A DNA stretch of 64,000 nt, taken from the NCBI RefSeq assembly GCF_009914755.1, contig NC_060942.1. The stretch is one strand, 5' to 3'. The translations under genes and the position numbers were made by a program. Each line of letters starts with the position of its first letter. Position 1 is the first letter of the stretch. The stretch comes from the human T2T-CHM13v2.0 reference genome, Homo sapiens. Under the pieces are notes generated by a model that did not search any database, was not told the origin of the DNA, and saw only the letters and a list, made by a program, of their open reading frames with translations. This document shows positions 13,465-27,010 of the stretch, one piece after another.

Positions 13465-14204
13465 TGTTATAGTACGTAGCTAGTCAGACATGAGCAAGGC
13501 AAGAGAGGACCCCTCCTCACTCCACCAGGAATGTCAACCAACCATCAGGTTATGGTCAGGCAGTTGTTAACTGTCTTTCTAAAATAATTAGCCACAGCCA
13601 GCGCCATGGAAAGGTAGTCTCTCAATAGGTAGAAAAACTTGAAGCTGGTGATCAGCAGCTCCTTAATAAGATCTCAGGAGTTGGACGAGTGGGCTCACAT
13701 ATGTGCACTAAAAGGCAAAATGGCAGAGTATAACTGGTCTATGACCTCGTAGTAACACTGAACTGGTAAGGGAAGATGCCTAAAATGAACACGTGCACAA
13801 TTTTGGTAAACACACGGCACATGCAACCCTTCTCAAGTGCTGGCAGGCCATAGTGCATGCAGACAGCCCACCCCAAGGGAAGGAATCAGGGGAGATGGGA
13901 CGCAAGACCCCAGAAGTATGCCAACATATAAAACACTAAGTCAAAGGTCAAACTCTGCATTTGATCTCTCTCACTTGCTTGGCCCTCTTCCAAGTGTACT
14001 TTACTTCCTTCCATGCCTGCGCTAAAGCTTTTTAATAAACTTTCACTTCTGCTCTAAAACTTGCCTTGGTCTCTCCTGTCTTATGCCCCTCAGATGATTT
14101 TTTTTTCTTACGTGGAAAGAATTGAGGTTGCTACAGACCTGTACAGATTCACCGCTGCTAACATACTTTGGTGCCATGTGACTCAGATATGTTCCACCGC
14201 TAAA
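13465..14204 (+). mobile_element. MER50 solo LTR (ERV1)
   Basis: Starts TGTTATAGTACGTAGCTAGTCAGACATGAGCA; TATA-like CATATAAAA near 13926; AATAAA at 14034; 4-bp TSD TTAC (13461-13464 and 14205-14208). Confidence 0.85.
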
Positions 14205-14352
14205 TTACCAGTATCCACGCCTCCATTTTTTCTATAACTTCAAGATGGTATACAAGCTTCTGTACTTCAATGAGAGGTTGGGTCTTTATTCTGAAGGCTT
14301 CCATATATGCATGTTAAATATATCTGTGTGGCTTTTCTTCTATTAGTCAATC

Positions 14353-15137
14353 TGTTACTGGGGGTCCTTGCTCCCAGAGCTCCCAAGATGGTGGCTGCTG
14401 CTTCCAAGATGGCGGCGGACCACTTCCAAGATGGTGGCAAGCCTCGTGTTCTCTGACCTGGGGCTCTTGGCCTCATGGATTCCAACAAATGGAATCTTGG
14501 GCCATGCAGTGGGTGTTATAGCTCTATTAGAAGCCGTAGGTCACGGAAGAGAACTGTGGAACCCAGTGACTAGTGTTCAGCTCAATTAGGACGAACCGGG
14601 GCACTTAGCTGTGCAGGAACAATGGCAAGCCTCTAGCCCAATCAGGAGCCGCAATGAGCGCCTAGTTAGATCAGGAGCACAGCGGACACCCTGCTGGATC
14701 CGGAGGGATGGAAGTCAGCAAGGGCTCTGCAAATGACAAACGGCAAACGGCAGTGGTGGATGGCGAGCGAAAGCTCAGCTGAAGCTGTAACAAACACGGA
14801 CCAGAAGAGAGTGCAGTTGCAAGATTTAATAGAGTGAAAACAGAGCTCCAATACAAAGGGAGGGGACCCAAAGAGGGTAGCTGTTGCCGTCTCCAATGTG
14901 CAGGTTTATATTCCAATCATTGTCCCTCCTGCTGTGCTCTCAGGCAATAGATGATTGGCTATTTCTTTACCTCCTGTTTTTGCCTAATTAGCATTTTAGT
15001 GAGCTCTCTTCACTACCTGATTGATCGGGTGTGAGCTACGTTGCAAGCCCCGTGTTTAAAGGTGGATACAGTCACCTTCCCAGCTAGGCTTAGGGATTCT
15101 TAGTTGGCCTAGGAACTCCAGCTAGTCCTGTCTCTCA
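14353..15137 (-). mobile_element. LTR17 (HERV-W) complete solo LTR, 785 bp
   Basis: Minus strand starts TGAGAGACAGGACTAGCTGGA and ends CCCCCAGTAACA; CCAAT, TATA (ATATAAAC) and ATTAAA present; 4-bp TSD AATC (14349-14352 and 15138-15141). Confidence 0.95.
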
Positions 15138-15399
15138 AATCTAGTTCAAGTCTGTGAGTTTTCAGCAAATCATTAGAAGCCAAGGCCGTTTACTCTAGAC
15201 AATTGTAGATAGATTGTATAGATATAGGTATAAGCATGGTATAGATAGATGTAGATATATAGCAGATAAATAACTTTTTCTACTCAAAGTATAACAATTT
15301 CTTGGCAGATAAAGGAATAATTAATTTTTTCTAGCTTAAATCCTTTCTTGTGTGCATTTCAGTAAATCACTTTTTTGTTTTCTGATTCACAAAATGTGA

Positions 15400-16000
15400 A
15401 TGTTGAATAAGAAAACAATTAGGCACAAGCTACATGGAATTCCCAAGGAAGGAATTCTCCTTAGTATCCATTTACTCAGTACTCAGAGCCATGGGCACAC
15501 AGGCATCAACCACTCCACAAGTCAGTCAATATTACAAATCATACATAATAGTATACTTAATGAATACATAAATGTTATAGATTGAAATTTTATACCAGAC
15601 AGTAACATTTAACATCAAGAGAAAAGGAGATAGGAAAAGGGGTTAATGAACCCGTCCAAGAAGAGTGAAGGAGACAAGAAGTGTGTCCAGGCTTGACCCA
15701 GACAATCATCAACATCTTGCCAGGAAGAGTCCTTGATTTGAGCAGAGGCTTCAGAGGCAGATTCTGGGTGCAAGATGGGGTCTGTCAAGGCGTCTTTGTC
15801 TAATTGGTGAAGTCCTGCTCACTTTATGGCCCTTGAGTCCTCTGGTGAGGACTGATAGAAAAAGGGTAAGCCTTTTCTGGTTGGGCGTTGTCTCTATTGA
15901 TAAGGCAAACATCTGAACTCTGGTGGCTTGATTACTTCAGAAATATAAGATGAAGTCTTTTTCTAACATGGAGCAATTTATGTCAAGTGTGCTTTAGATA
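15400..16000 (-). mobile_element. Probable old ERV1-class LTR, family unresolved
   Basis: Right end AAGATGAAGTCTTTTTCTAACATGGAG...TTATGTCAAGTGTGCT resembles an antisense LTR start. Confidence 0.45.
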
Positions 16001-16149
16001 AGAAGAAACCACATTTATAATGAACAAGAAATTATTGTCAAAGAAATCTGTTCCAGCATGAAAAATGGTATCTCATTAAAAGCGCTTCTCTCCCACAGCT
16101 GCAGCTGCTCCCATAACCACTGCTATGGCCTTGTTGCTTCTACTAGTGC

Positions 16150-16480
16150 TGCTGCTGTCACTACCACCAATTAGGGACCACATGCTTGGGGCCCTCAGTG
16201 CCCCAGAGGACCCTGAGGTGTCATATGCATGCTGGGCTGCCAGGTGAGTTGCTTTGTGCCCTGGCTGGCTGCTAGACCTGCAGTTCTGAGTCCTCAGTGT
16301 GGATGTTGATGACTGACATATCCCTGTTGCTCACATGCACACACCATTGTCTCAGTGGACTTTACTTACAAAACACCAGTTCAAAGATTAAAATATTAGG
16401 AATTTCAAGACAGCAACAGTAGAGCATTGAATCAAGTATGGGGTCTTCTGAGAGTGGGGCCCCATTTGACACTGACCAGG
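16150..16480. mobile_element. MER45-like hAT-Tip100 DNA transposon relic
   Basis: TTTACTTACAAAACAC...AATTTCAAGACAGCAACAGTAGAGCATT...GTGGGGCCC matches recalled MER45B/C. Confidence 0.65.
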
Positions 16481-16499
16481 AGTTATCTACTTAATTTCT

Positions 16500-17965
16500 A
16501 TCTCATTCCTCGTGAATAATAATCCAAATATTATGTTATCTTTATCACTCTCTTATCATTTTTTCCTTAATCAGTATATTGCTTAATTTTATTGTATTGG
16601 AGGTTTTTGAAAATATTGAGAGTGTATGCACTTTTCCACAGTGTGCTTTTATATATAATTTATTCGTGGTAATGTGTTGCATGTAGCTGTAATACATTCA
16701 TTTTCATTCTTATTTAAAATTCAATTATGTGAATACACAAGATTTTTTAAAATCGACCAATTAATCAAATGCCATTTAGGTTTTTGTTGCTGTTGTAAAG
16801 AACAGTGTGGCTATAAACATTCTTGTCCAAATATTTTCATGCAACAGTGTATAAATTGAGGACTGAAAACTGGATTGTAAAGATGTAAATGTTTAAATTC
16901 ACAAAGATGTGCCAAATAATTTTTACAAATAAATATATGTTGCATTTTTTATGATTTCAGCTTTCTTTGGTTTCAACTACGTTTCTTTATGTAAGGTAAT
17001 GAATTAAGTTAATATCATAAGCCTCCTCCTAAGTAATAATTTAGGACCTTTAATCCATATAAATATATTCCCAACTTGCACGCCTCCGATTTTTTACTTA
17101 GTTCTTTTTTACACTCTATGAATTAGATATTATCATTGCTCACATTTTATATATACTAACTGCAGAAAAATACATCTCTATTTCCTTGTTCTATCTTATA
17201 TTTTTGGGAAATAAATTTGTTTTTTAAAAGTATATCTAATAGAAGTTTTATCAGCATAAGTTCTATGGTAATAAGTGTAGTTTTTGAAAGAAAATGTTTA
17301 TTTTGCCTTTGTTCTTGAAATATGTTTGTGTTATAATTTGACAGTCATTTTCTGCTCACATTTTGAAAAAATACATTACTGAATTCTGGCTTGCTTTCTT
17401 GCAATTGGAAGTGGTATCTATCTAGTTGTCACTTATTAATAGGTAATCTTTTCTTTGACTTTTCTAGTCATCGGTTTCTCTGCAATGTGTCTATGTGAGA
17501 ATTTTATTTTATTTTATTCTTCATAGTTTAAATTATACTTTCTACCTCTGTAGATTCATCATCAGTTTTAGTTAATAATCAGTCATTATTTCTTTAAGCA
17601 GTACTATTTCTTATTCACTCGATGTTTTCTCTGTGACTCTGATTAAACATGAGGTAAAATTTCTAACTTATTCATATTTTCTAACTTTATTTTAACATTT
17701 TTTATCTTATCTTTTGGGGCTCCATTTTGAGTAATTTCTTTTAATAACAGTCTGAGTTCTTCTTTCTTTAGCTGCTTCTAAATTTTTATTTAGCTTGAGC
17801 ATTGAATTTTTAATGTAACATTTTTTAATTTTCAAGTTTTATTTTAGTTATTTTTCAGATCTTGTTGATCATTTCAAAAAGTGTGTTCATGATTATTGAT
17901 TTTTTATGCCATTTAAAGAATTGCCTGAAACATTTTCTAAACATTTATTTTGTTGTCTTAAGTTT
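16500..17965 (-). mobile_element. Very old L1 (L1ME-like) fragments
   Basis: T-rich antisense L1 3' and ORF1-type motifs, heavily diverged. Confidence 0.5.
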
Positions 17966-17972
17966 GGTGGGA

Positions 17973-18122
17973 TTGTATTAGTCAGGGTTCTCCAGAGAAA
18001 CAGAAAGAATAGGAGATAGGTAGATAAATAGAGACCTACATAGATATAGATAAAAATATATCTAGATCTGATATAGAAAAGATAGATAGGTAGATCAATA
18101 GATTAGATAGATAGATAGATAG
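17973..18122. mobile_element. MLT2-type LTR terminus running into (TAGA)n
   Basis: TGTATTAGTCAGGGTTCTCCAGAGAAACAGAA..AATAGGAGA followed by TAGA repeats. Confidence 0.75.
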
Positions 18123-18169
18123 CCCTCTATCTCTATTAGTTGATCTGTTTATCTATCGTTTGATCTACT

Positions 18170-19440
18170 TTTTTTTTTTTTTGGAACTTCCACAATGTGT
18201 ACGTAGTCTAGTTTGTTAGCATCCCATAGGTTCATTTGGTTCTGTTCATTTTTCTTTAATTTTTTTAAAAAAATCTTCTGTTCCTCAGAATTGATCATTT
18301 TCATTTTCCTATCTTTAAGTTTGCTGTTTCTTTCTTCTGACTGCTCAGATTTTTCTAGTGAATTCTTAATTTTATGTATTGATCTTTTTGCTTCCAGGAT
18401 TTCTATTTGGTTTCTTTTTAAGTTTTCTATTTCTTTATTGATATTTCCATTCTTTTTATATATCATTTTTATGACTTTCATGTCTTTCATTCTTCTTATT
18501 ATTTATTTATTTTTAGCATTTTATAACAGTTGTTTTAAAGTCTTTGTCTAGTAGATCTGCCATCAAGTCTTTTTTAGGGATAATCTGTTAGTTTTTCTTT
18601 TTAATAGATCATACTTTTATGTTTCTTTGTATTCTTTGTGATTTTTTAAAAAAACTGGTCATTGGAATCAGTAAGTGTGGCAAATCTAGAATTAGCTTAT
18701 CGTCTTCCCCAGGGTTTGGTGAGTTTTCTGTTTGTTTTGTTTGTTTTCTTTTTTTAAATTTTTTGATTGCTATAGGTTGTCTCTGTGCTGTGGATCAGAC
18801 TGAGATGTAAACTAAGGTCTTCTCAGGTCTCTTCTGAGACTGTAGCTTCTCTTAAAAACACATAGTGACTTTCTAATTTTCCACATATATTTGCATGCTT
18901 TCTAATGTCCTACTTTTCAATATGTGGCTCCTCCCAGAAAGGGAAAACTAGAAAAATTAAGGGGAAAAATAAAAAGATCTTGGCCCTTCAAATCTCTTGA
19001 ATGCCACTTCAGCTTGATGGACTTGACTGACCTTGAATAAGGAGGAGGTGAAGTGCTTGCATCCATGCAACACGATGGCTGTCCCCTCTTTTTCTTTACC
19101 TCTTCTATCTAAAGTGGCAATTGGTGATCATAGTCTAAACCCCTGGTATTTGGCAGAGTTGTTTTTGCTAGCTGTATGCAAGCTGTTCCAGGAATATGTG
19201 CACAGCTTCCTACCTTAAGGCTCGGAACCAGGGAGTATTTAGCAACAACTGTGCTAAGAGGAGAAATTGACTAAAATTAACCTGAATTTACCATCTAAGC
19301 CTTCCACTGAAATTTGCAATCCCTCAACAAATTCCAGAGTTCCAAAATAGTTACATCAGAAAGATTATCCCAGTGTAATTATTGTCTGTGGGGAGACAGG
19401 TTTCTGATGCTTCCTACTCTGCCATTTACCCAGAATCCTC
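18170..19440 (-). mobile_element. L1M 5'UTR-ORF1 fragment
   Basis: ORF 18149..18490 translates to the L1 ORF1p coiled coil (INKEIENLKRNQIEILE...SEERNSKLKDR...NLWD); stop-disrupted. Confidence 0.8.
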
Positions 19441-19771
19441 TTTCTTTATTGTCTTTAAAAATTATATTATGAATAGTTTATTTTTGAACATAAAATATAG
19501 TTAGTTTAAATTTATTTTAATAAAATTTTAATGCATTTACCCTCTGCCTTATTCCACAAATAGGTTTTCTATTATTGATTGAAAATCAATTTGGATTGCC
19601 TGTTATGTAGTAAGTTTTTAGTTTTTAAGAAATCAAAGGAAGTGCTTGCTCTTATTAATTGTGACATTTCCTAACACTTTTAAGTTTAGTGTTTAGCCAT
19701 AGTATATTTCAAACTTCATTTTCTTCTGGCTTCATCGGGCCTTTAATTTTGTATTTACTTGCTGAATATAA

Positions 19772-20146
<375 letters not shown>

Positions 20147-20229
20147 ACAATATATTGTCTTAACACCATATATTGAATAATACTTTTACTCTCCATAAAT
20201 TTGTAATGTTTTGTCTTATAAATATCTTG

Positions 20230-21310
20230 CTTATTCTAGTCTCTCCCATCTGTTTATCTCTTTATGTTATTCCATTAGCACAGTTTATTTTTTCTGTTTT
20301 AGTACGTTATGGTCCACTCGTTATAGCCTAGTTGCTCAAGATGAAAATCGGAAATCATTTTGACATGTTGAAATTTTATCTTTTTCTCATTCTTATTTTA
20401 TGTGTCCCTATTATTGATACTACTTTCACAGCCTCACCAAATCACAGTTATAAATCACCATCATTTCATGTCTGGTTCCTAGCAATACAGTACTAACTTT
20501 TTTAGCTTCAAATTTTGTTTTTCTATTATATTCTCTATAGGCAGTCAGAAGCATATCTTTAAAACACAAATCAAAACATGTTACTTCCTTGTTTAAAATG
20601 TTTTCAGTTTCTTATTGCTTTGTTACTTTGCACTCCAAATGACAAAATGTGTTTTCTATACCCATCTCTTGTCTTATTAAATGGTTTCCCTGTAGTTACT
20701 TCTACTTTTTCTTTAGTAGGTTGATTATATTTATTTACAAATAAAAATATTGAAGGAAGACTATATATAAATACATTTATTTCTATACTGTCAATCAGTC
20801 AACATCTTATCCCTATTAAGCACTGTGCTAGTAAGTGGCATTAGGAATTTGAATAAAACTCATCCTTGATTTCAAGTAGCTGATAATCAAAAGAACGACA
20901 TGTAAAATAAATAAGCACAACAAATGTTATAATAGGAATGACAGCAATTCAACGTGAAGCAATGGGAACAGAAAAGGTGATGGATGTATTCTCAGTAAAA
21001 GATCATTCAGTAGGAAATTTCTAAAAAATAAATATGTATTTTCCAGGTAAAAGAAGGTCTTTTCTGTCAAAGAAAGTCACAGGAAGAAAGAGGGTTTAGT
21101 TTGATTATAGGCAGTGAGAAAAACGAGGTTTTCTTCCATTCAATAATTTTCTTTAAGCATCTATTATGTGTCAGGTATTAGTGTATGCACTGGGTATGAA
21201 GCAGTGAATTAAACAGCTGTGATTCCAGTCCACATGAAGCCTGCCTAGTTATAAGACCAGAGAAAAGCAGCATGGCTTTCATGCTATAAACAGTAGTGTT
21301 ATCTTTGAAA
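20230..21310. mobile_element. Degraded L2 fragments in both orientations
   Basis: L2-like motifs such as CATTCAATAATTTTCTTTAAGCATCTATTATGTGTCAGG. Confidence 0.45.
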
Positions 21311-21912
21311 TGGCTTATGCTAGGGAGTAAAATGAAACATGTTTGCAATTTATAAAGACCAACCCAGATGTTTTGGGGAAGAGAGGTTGGAAGGTTGGAC
21401 ACTGAGACACCAAATTCTTACTAACTGGACTAACAAAGCATTAGTAGTCCAGGTAACTGTTTCTCTACTTGTATTTGTTTATAATCAATATTTTCCTTTT
21501 GTCCTTGAAAATCATTAAAGGTAGTAAATTTTCATAGTCAACAAATCAGTCAGGCAACAAGGACTGCTAATGGCCAGAGAAATTCAAGTACTTTCATTTC
21601 AAAGTGGCTTAAGAATATTATATTTTTACATATTGAAAAAGATTTAGCTAATAAAATCTATACATTTTCCAAAAAGAAAGGCCTAAGAAACAACCACCAA
21701 ATTCACAGTTCTTTCCTATTTCCTGTCTTGCAGTTGGAAGACAGATAGTGCTTTGTTGTTTTAATTACTTAGTTCAATGGTCTTCAGCTACCGTGCATTG
21801 AGTTACCTGCTGGACTCCAAATTCTTTTGGATAGAATAAATCTGCTTTGAATATTCTTCAAAAAGGTGGCATTATAAAACTTGCAGTGACTTTTTCCCAT
21901 TTGTGCAGCTGA

Positions 21913-22221
<309 letters not shown>

Positions 22222-23494
22222 ACTATTGTATGTTTGTTTATAAATGCTGTGAACAGCTAAGGTTTTTTAAAAGTTCATACATATTAATAATAGCGGGGTT
22301 GTTTTATCACCTTAGTAACAAGTAAATCTTTATTCAATGGTACTTCACATATTTGGCTCATTTTTGATGTATGGTTTTGGCTTATAAATATAGTGTGTTG
22401 AATAAGCATGAAAGGAGTAACAGTCCATATTTGCTTTAAATGACACACATAATAAGCAGATCATGAAAATAGTGGTAAAACTTCAATTCCAGTGTTTATG
22501 GGTCTCTTGTCACAAACTACAATGTCATGGTTCTTTTAAGCCAAAGGGGAAAAAAATCCAACCTGAAAAGCAATCATATTTTTCAGATGTTTCTACAGTA
22601 GCCATCTCTCTGGGCAACAGAATTTCTGAGGCTGTCCAAAACATAGCAATTTGTCAACAATTTGAAAATAGGTTTGTGATAAGATGTATTTATTTGACAG
22701 TATAATGTAATAATAGACATACAGTAGGATGACTGTTGTAAAGGAAATTATCACTGGTGAGTGTCTTTTCCTGAAATTAATTTCAGATGTGTATGGTTGA
22801 AAATTCTGATCGATGAAATGATTATGGGTGGGTAGATGGACAAAATACATGGTATTGCTGCTGTCCTGTGTCTTCTTCATACATTTACAGATTCCAAATT
22901 AAATGGTGCTTACAAAATAGAGGAGTTTCAGTCATTTCCCTTTCAATGGAAAACAGAATTACAATGTGAAATTTTAAACATTTTAATATGATATGCCACA
23001 GAATTGAAGGAGATTGCAAATTTGGAAGTACATGAAGTCAACAACAAAGGTTTTCACTGTTCTACCTCAGATATTTTCACTGCTACTTCACTTTATACCC
23101 CTGAGTACCACAATATTAATAGATACATGCAAATGTGTATAGTGATTGTCATACCTACATAGAATGTAAAAATGGCCAATAAGATTAAAATAAACATTAT
23201 GTGTGTAATATTATTTAATAAATGTATTGTCTTTAATACATGAATGTTTATTTATATACTTTTATTATAATTGTGTAACAAAATTATATAGTCCATTGGC
23301 ATAATACCAAAGTAAAATGTATTAGAAAACCCTTAGACATATGAATTTCAAAATGCACCCAAGTAAAACCTAACCAGATAATCTAGGGTTAACTTGTATT
23401 AGATACTGTTCTAAGTTTGGAGGAAGAGATACAAAATGTTCTTGCTTCTTGGTGATACCAGATAAACTTAACCTTTGAATTAAAAAAATATGTA

Positions 23495-23800
23495 TTATTA
23501 TTTTTTATTTTAGAGAGGATCTTGCTCTGTCACTCAGGCTAGAGTGCATTGGAGAGATAATAGCTCATTGCAGCCTCACTAATTCCTGAGCTCAGCTGAT
23601 CCTCCCACCTCAGTCTCCTGAGTAGTTGGGTTACAGGTGTGTGCCAACATGCCTGGCTAATTTTTTTTTTAATTTTTTTTGTAGAGATGGAGTCTTGCTT
23701 TGTTGGCCAGGCTGCTCTTGAAGACCTGGCCTTAAGCAATTCTCCTACCTTGACCTCCCAAAGTGTTGGGATACAGGCATAAGCCACTGCATCCAGCTAA
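23495..23800 (-). mobile_element. AluJ
   Basis: Diverged antisense dimer with ATAGCTCATTGCAGCCTC (J-type). Confidence 0.88.
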
Positions 23801-23804
23801 ATTT

Positions 23805-26150
23805 TTTCAAGTTTTTATTGAGATAATTTCAGATTCACTTATGGTTGCAAAAAAAATGAAGATCTATTTTACAGTTTATCTAGTTTCCTCCAATTGTAAA
23901 ATCTTACCAAACTATAATTCAGTATTGCAATCAGGATATTGACACTGATGCAATCTATTGATCTTTAGAATTTTCCAGTTTTAATTGTACTCAAATGTGC
24001 TGATATGCATGTGTATTTAGCTCAATACAATTTTATCACATGTATAGGTTTGTGTATTCACTGCTGTAGTCAAGACACAGAGTGGCTTCATCCCACCTCC
24101 ACTCCACTCCCAACCACCACGGCTTCCCCATTCCTATCTAACAGACCCTGGCAACCACTAATCTGTTCTCCATTTTTAAATGTTTTTATTTCAAAAATGT
24201 TATATAAATGGAATCATACAGTATGTAAGCTTTTTAGATTAGCTGGTTTCACTCAGTAAAATTCCCTGGAGATTTATCAAGTTGTTGTGTTCTCATCAGT
24301 CTTTTCTTTCTATTGTTAAGTCACATTCCCTGGGATAAGATGTATTATGGTTTGCTCTGCCATTCACCATTTGAAGGACATCTGGACCCTTCCCAGTTTT
24401 TGGCAATTACAAATAAAACTGCTAGAACCATTAATGGAGATTTTTCATTAAACATAAGTTTTCATTTCTGTGGGATAAATGGCAAAGAATGCAATTGCTG
24501 GGACTTACGGCAATTGAATATAGTAACTGTGTATGGTAATTTATAAAAAGCTGCCTATCTGTTTGCCAGAGTGGCTGTACAATTTCATATTCTACCAGCA
24601 ATGTTTGAGTTATCCAGTTTTTTTGCATTCTCACCAACATTTGCTGTTGTTGCAGTTTTATCTTTTTTAATCTCAGCCATTCTGATAGGCGTTTTGTGAT
24701 ATATCATTGTGGCTTTAATTTGCATGTCCCTAGAGCATCCTTTTGTATGTTAATTTGCCATTTATATATCCCCTTCACTGAATGGTCTCTTCATGTTTTT
24801 TCTTATTTTCTAATTGGATTGATTGTTTTCATTTTTAAAAATAATGAGTTTTGAGAGTGTTTATACAGTATTGATATTAGCCATTTAGCATATATAATTT
24901 ATAAATATTTTATCTCATTCTTTCACATATCTTTTTTTTCTCTTTGGTTGGTTTTTTGAAGAACAAAACTTTTAAATCTTGAAGATATTCAGTTTACTAC
25001 TTTTATCTTTTCATGCATCATGCTCTTGTTTTTAAGTCTATGAACTCTTTGCCTAGATCTAGCTCTTAAAATTGTCTCCTGTGATTTTCTTGAAAATTTG
25101 CAGTTTTATATTTCACATTTAAATATATAATCCAATTGGAGTTAATATTTGTGTAAGGTGTGAAATTTGGCTTAAGGTTTATTATTTTGCTAACGCATGT
25201 CAACTGGAACCAACATTAGTTTTTTCATTCTCCAACTGAATTGTTTTTTGCTTTTGTCAAAAATAAGTTGGAAGTATTTATGTGTCTGTTTACTTCTGAG
25301 TTCTTTATTCTGCTTCATTGATCTATGTTTTTATTCCTTGTCAAAAGTATATTCAGGCTTCTATAACAAAATACTTTAAACTGAGTTAATTTATAGACAA
25401 CAAAATTTATTTCCTACATTCCCGAAGGTTGGAAAGTTCAAGATCAAGGTGCTAGTAGATTTGATTTCTGGGGAGGGCCTCTTTCTCATAGATGGCTCCT
25501 TCTGTATCTTCGTGTGGAAGAAGGGGTCAATACCTCCCTTGCACCTCTTTTATAAGGTCACTAATTTCAGACACACTAAGACCACAGAAACTTCTGTCAA
25601 AACCACACAGTCTTGATTAATATAGCTACGTATTAAGCCTAGTGGTATGATTCTTTCTGCTGAATTCTTATTTGTCAAGATTGTTTTAGCTATTTTAGGA
25701 CCAGGGTCTTTCATATTAATTGTAGAATTAGTTTGTCTACATCTATAAATGCCTTCTTGGGATTTTGGTAGGAATTTCACTAAGCAGATAGATTAAGTTG
25801 GGGAAAATTGACATATGTACAATATTGAGTCTTATAAATTCTGAATACTTTATCTTTCCACTTATTTAGGTCTTTGATTTTTAATAAGCATTTTGTAATT
25901 TTCAAAATATAGACATCCTACATGTTTTATTAAGTTTATACCTATGTATCTACATGTTAGTGTATAAAAATGTGACTGATTGTTGTGTGTTGATCTTCTC
26001 TTCTATAACGTTTCTGAACTCTTTTATTACTTCTAAAAGTTTGTTTATTGATCCTTTAGGATTTTCATGCAGAAAGTCATATCATCTGTAAATATGAATA
26101 TTTTTATTTTTTCTTTCCAATCTTTAATAACCTTAATGTCTTTGTCTTTT
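23805..26150 (-). mobile_element. L1MA/L1MB-type 3' end and ORF2 C-terminal fragment
   Basis: CCCTGGCAACCACTAATCTGTTCTCC, ATAAATGGAATCATACAGTATG; ORF 25550..25780 (IAKTILTNKN) resembles ORF2p. Confidence 0.85.
25345..25570 (-). mobile_element. MaLR (MLT1A/MST-type) LTR fragment within the L1
   Basis: CTATAACAAAATAC...AAGTTCAAGATCAAGGTGCTAGTAGATTTG...TCTTTTATAAGGTCACTAAT. Confidence 0.75.
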
Positions 26151-27010
26151 GGTTTATTATTCATTTATATATAATATGCTGTATTTTACATTATGGATAC
26201 AATGTACATATGTTTAAAAGAAGCATGTCTAGGCAGTATTTGAAAATATGCACTATTTTATGGCTTCCATTAAAGTAGACTTAATAAAGGTTATTTATAT
26301 ATATTTTACTTATAAAATATATTTTATATAAAATTCAGAAAAATCTTTAAAAAAGAACGTACAAAATACTCGTACTTTTACCATGAAGTTTTAATGAATA
26401 TTAGCCTTTAATTAAATGTTGAAATTAAAGAATTACATTCAAAGGAATGTTTTTAAAACTAGTGAAATGTTGAAACTGGACATTTTTCATGAGTTGCTTA
26501 ACTATTTTTATCTTCTGCTTCATAAATTGTCTGCTCTTATCCTTCATTCAATTTTATACTAAAGGCTTAAGTTTTGAGAAGAAGTTGTAAAATTGTCTTT
26601 CTTCTCTGCACAAAGCATTAAGAGAGAAACTACAGAAAAAAAAGGAGGGGGGGAGATCCAGAAGTTTCAACTATTTTGAAGGTATTTTGGGGTGATCTGA
26701 GCTATTCTGAGAAACAATGCTGTCTCCTTTTATCTTGGAAATCTTTTAATACCGCTGATCACCCCTAGGAATATTTTCTTTTAGATGCATGTCACCAGAC
26801 AGGTTTTTTTTTCCTTTGTTGAACTAGAAATTTCTACCTAAAGTATTTTTCTTTATATCAACATTAGGAACAAATATGCACTGACTGCTTACTATATGCC
26901 ACTTCATATGTTTTAATATAACATTATCTACCTAAAGCAAACTAGTTGTAACTTTGAAAGTATTGTTAGTTTCCCATGGATTTATAAATAAGAATGAGAT
27001 TTATATAATA

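Larger units (their letters stand above)
13047..15201 (+). mobile_element. Older ERV1 (MER34/MER39/LTR48-like) solo LTR split into three pieces: about 13047-13464, 14205-14352 and 15138-15201
   Basis: Starts TGAAAGAAATTAGCATATTTCACCCCAAAATA; LTR-type sequence resumes after each insertion TSD; exact family uncertain. Confidence 0.65.

Noticed and set aside
21806-21910. Possible minus-strand exon with a CAG|GTAACT donor
   Set aside because: The acceptor lacks a polypyrimidine tract and the peptide is unrecognisable.
25339-25602. TGTCAAAA direct repeats around the MaLR fragment as an 8-bp TSD
   Set aside because: MaLR TSDs are 5 bp and the left copy may be the decayed LTR terminus itself, so coincidence cannot be excluded.
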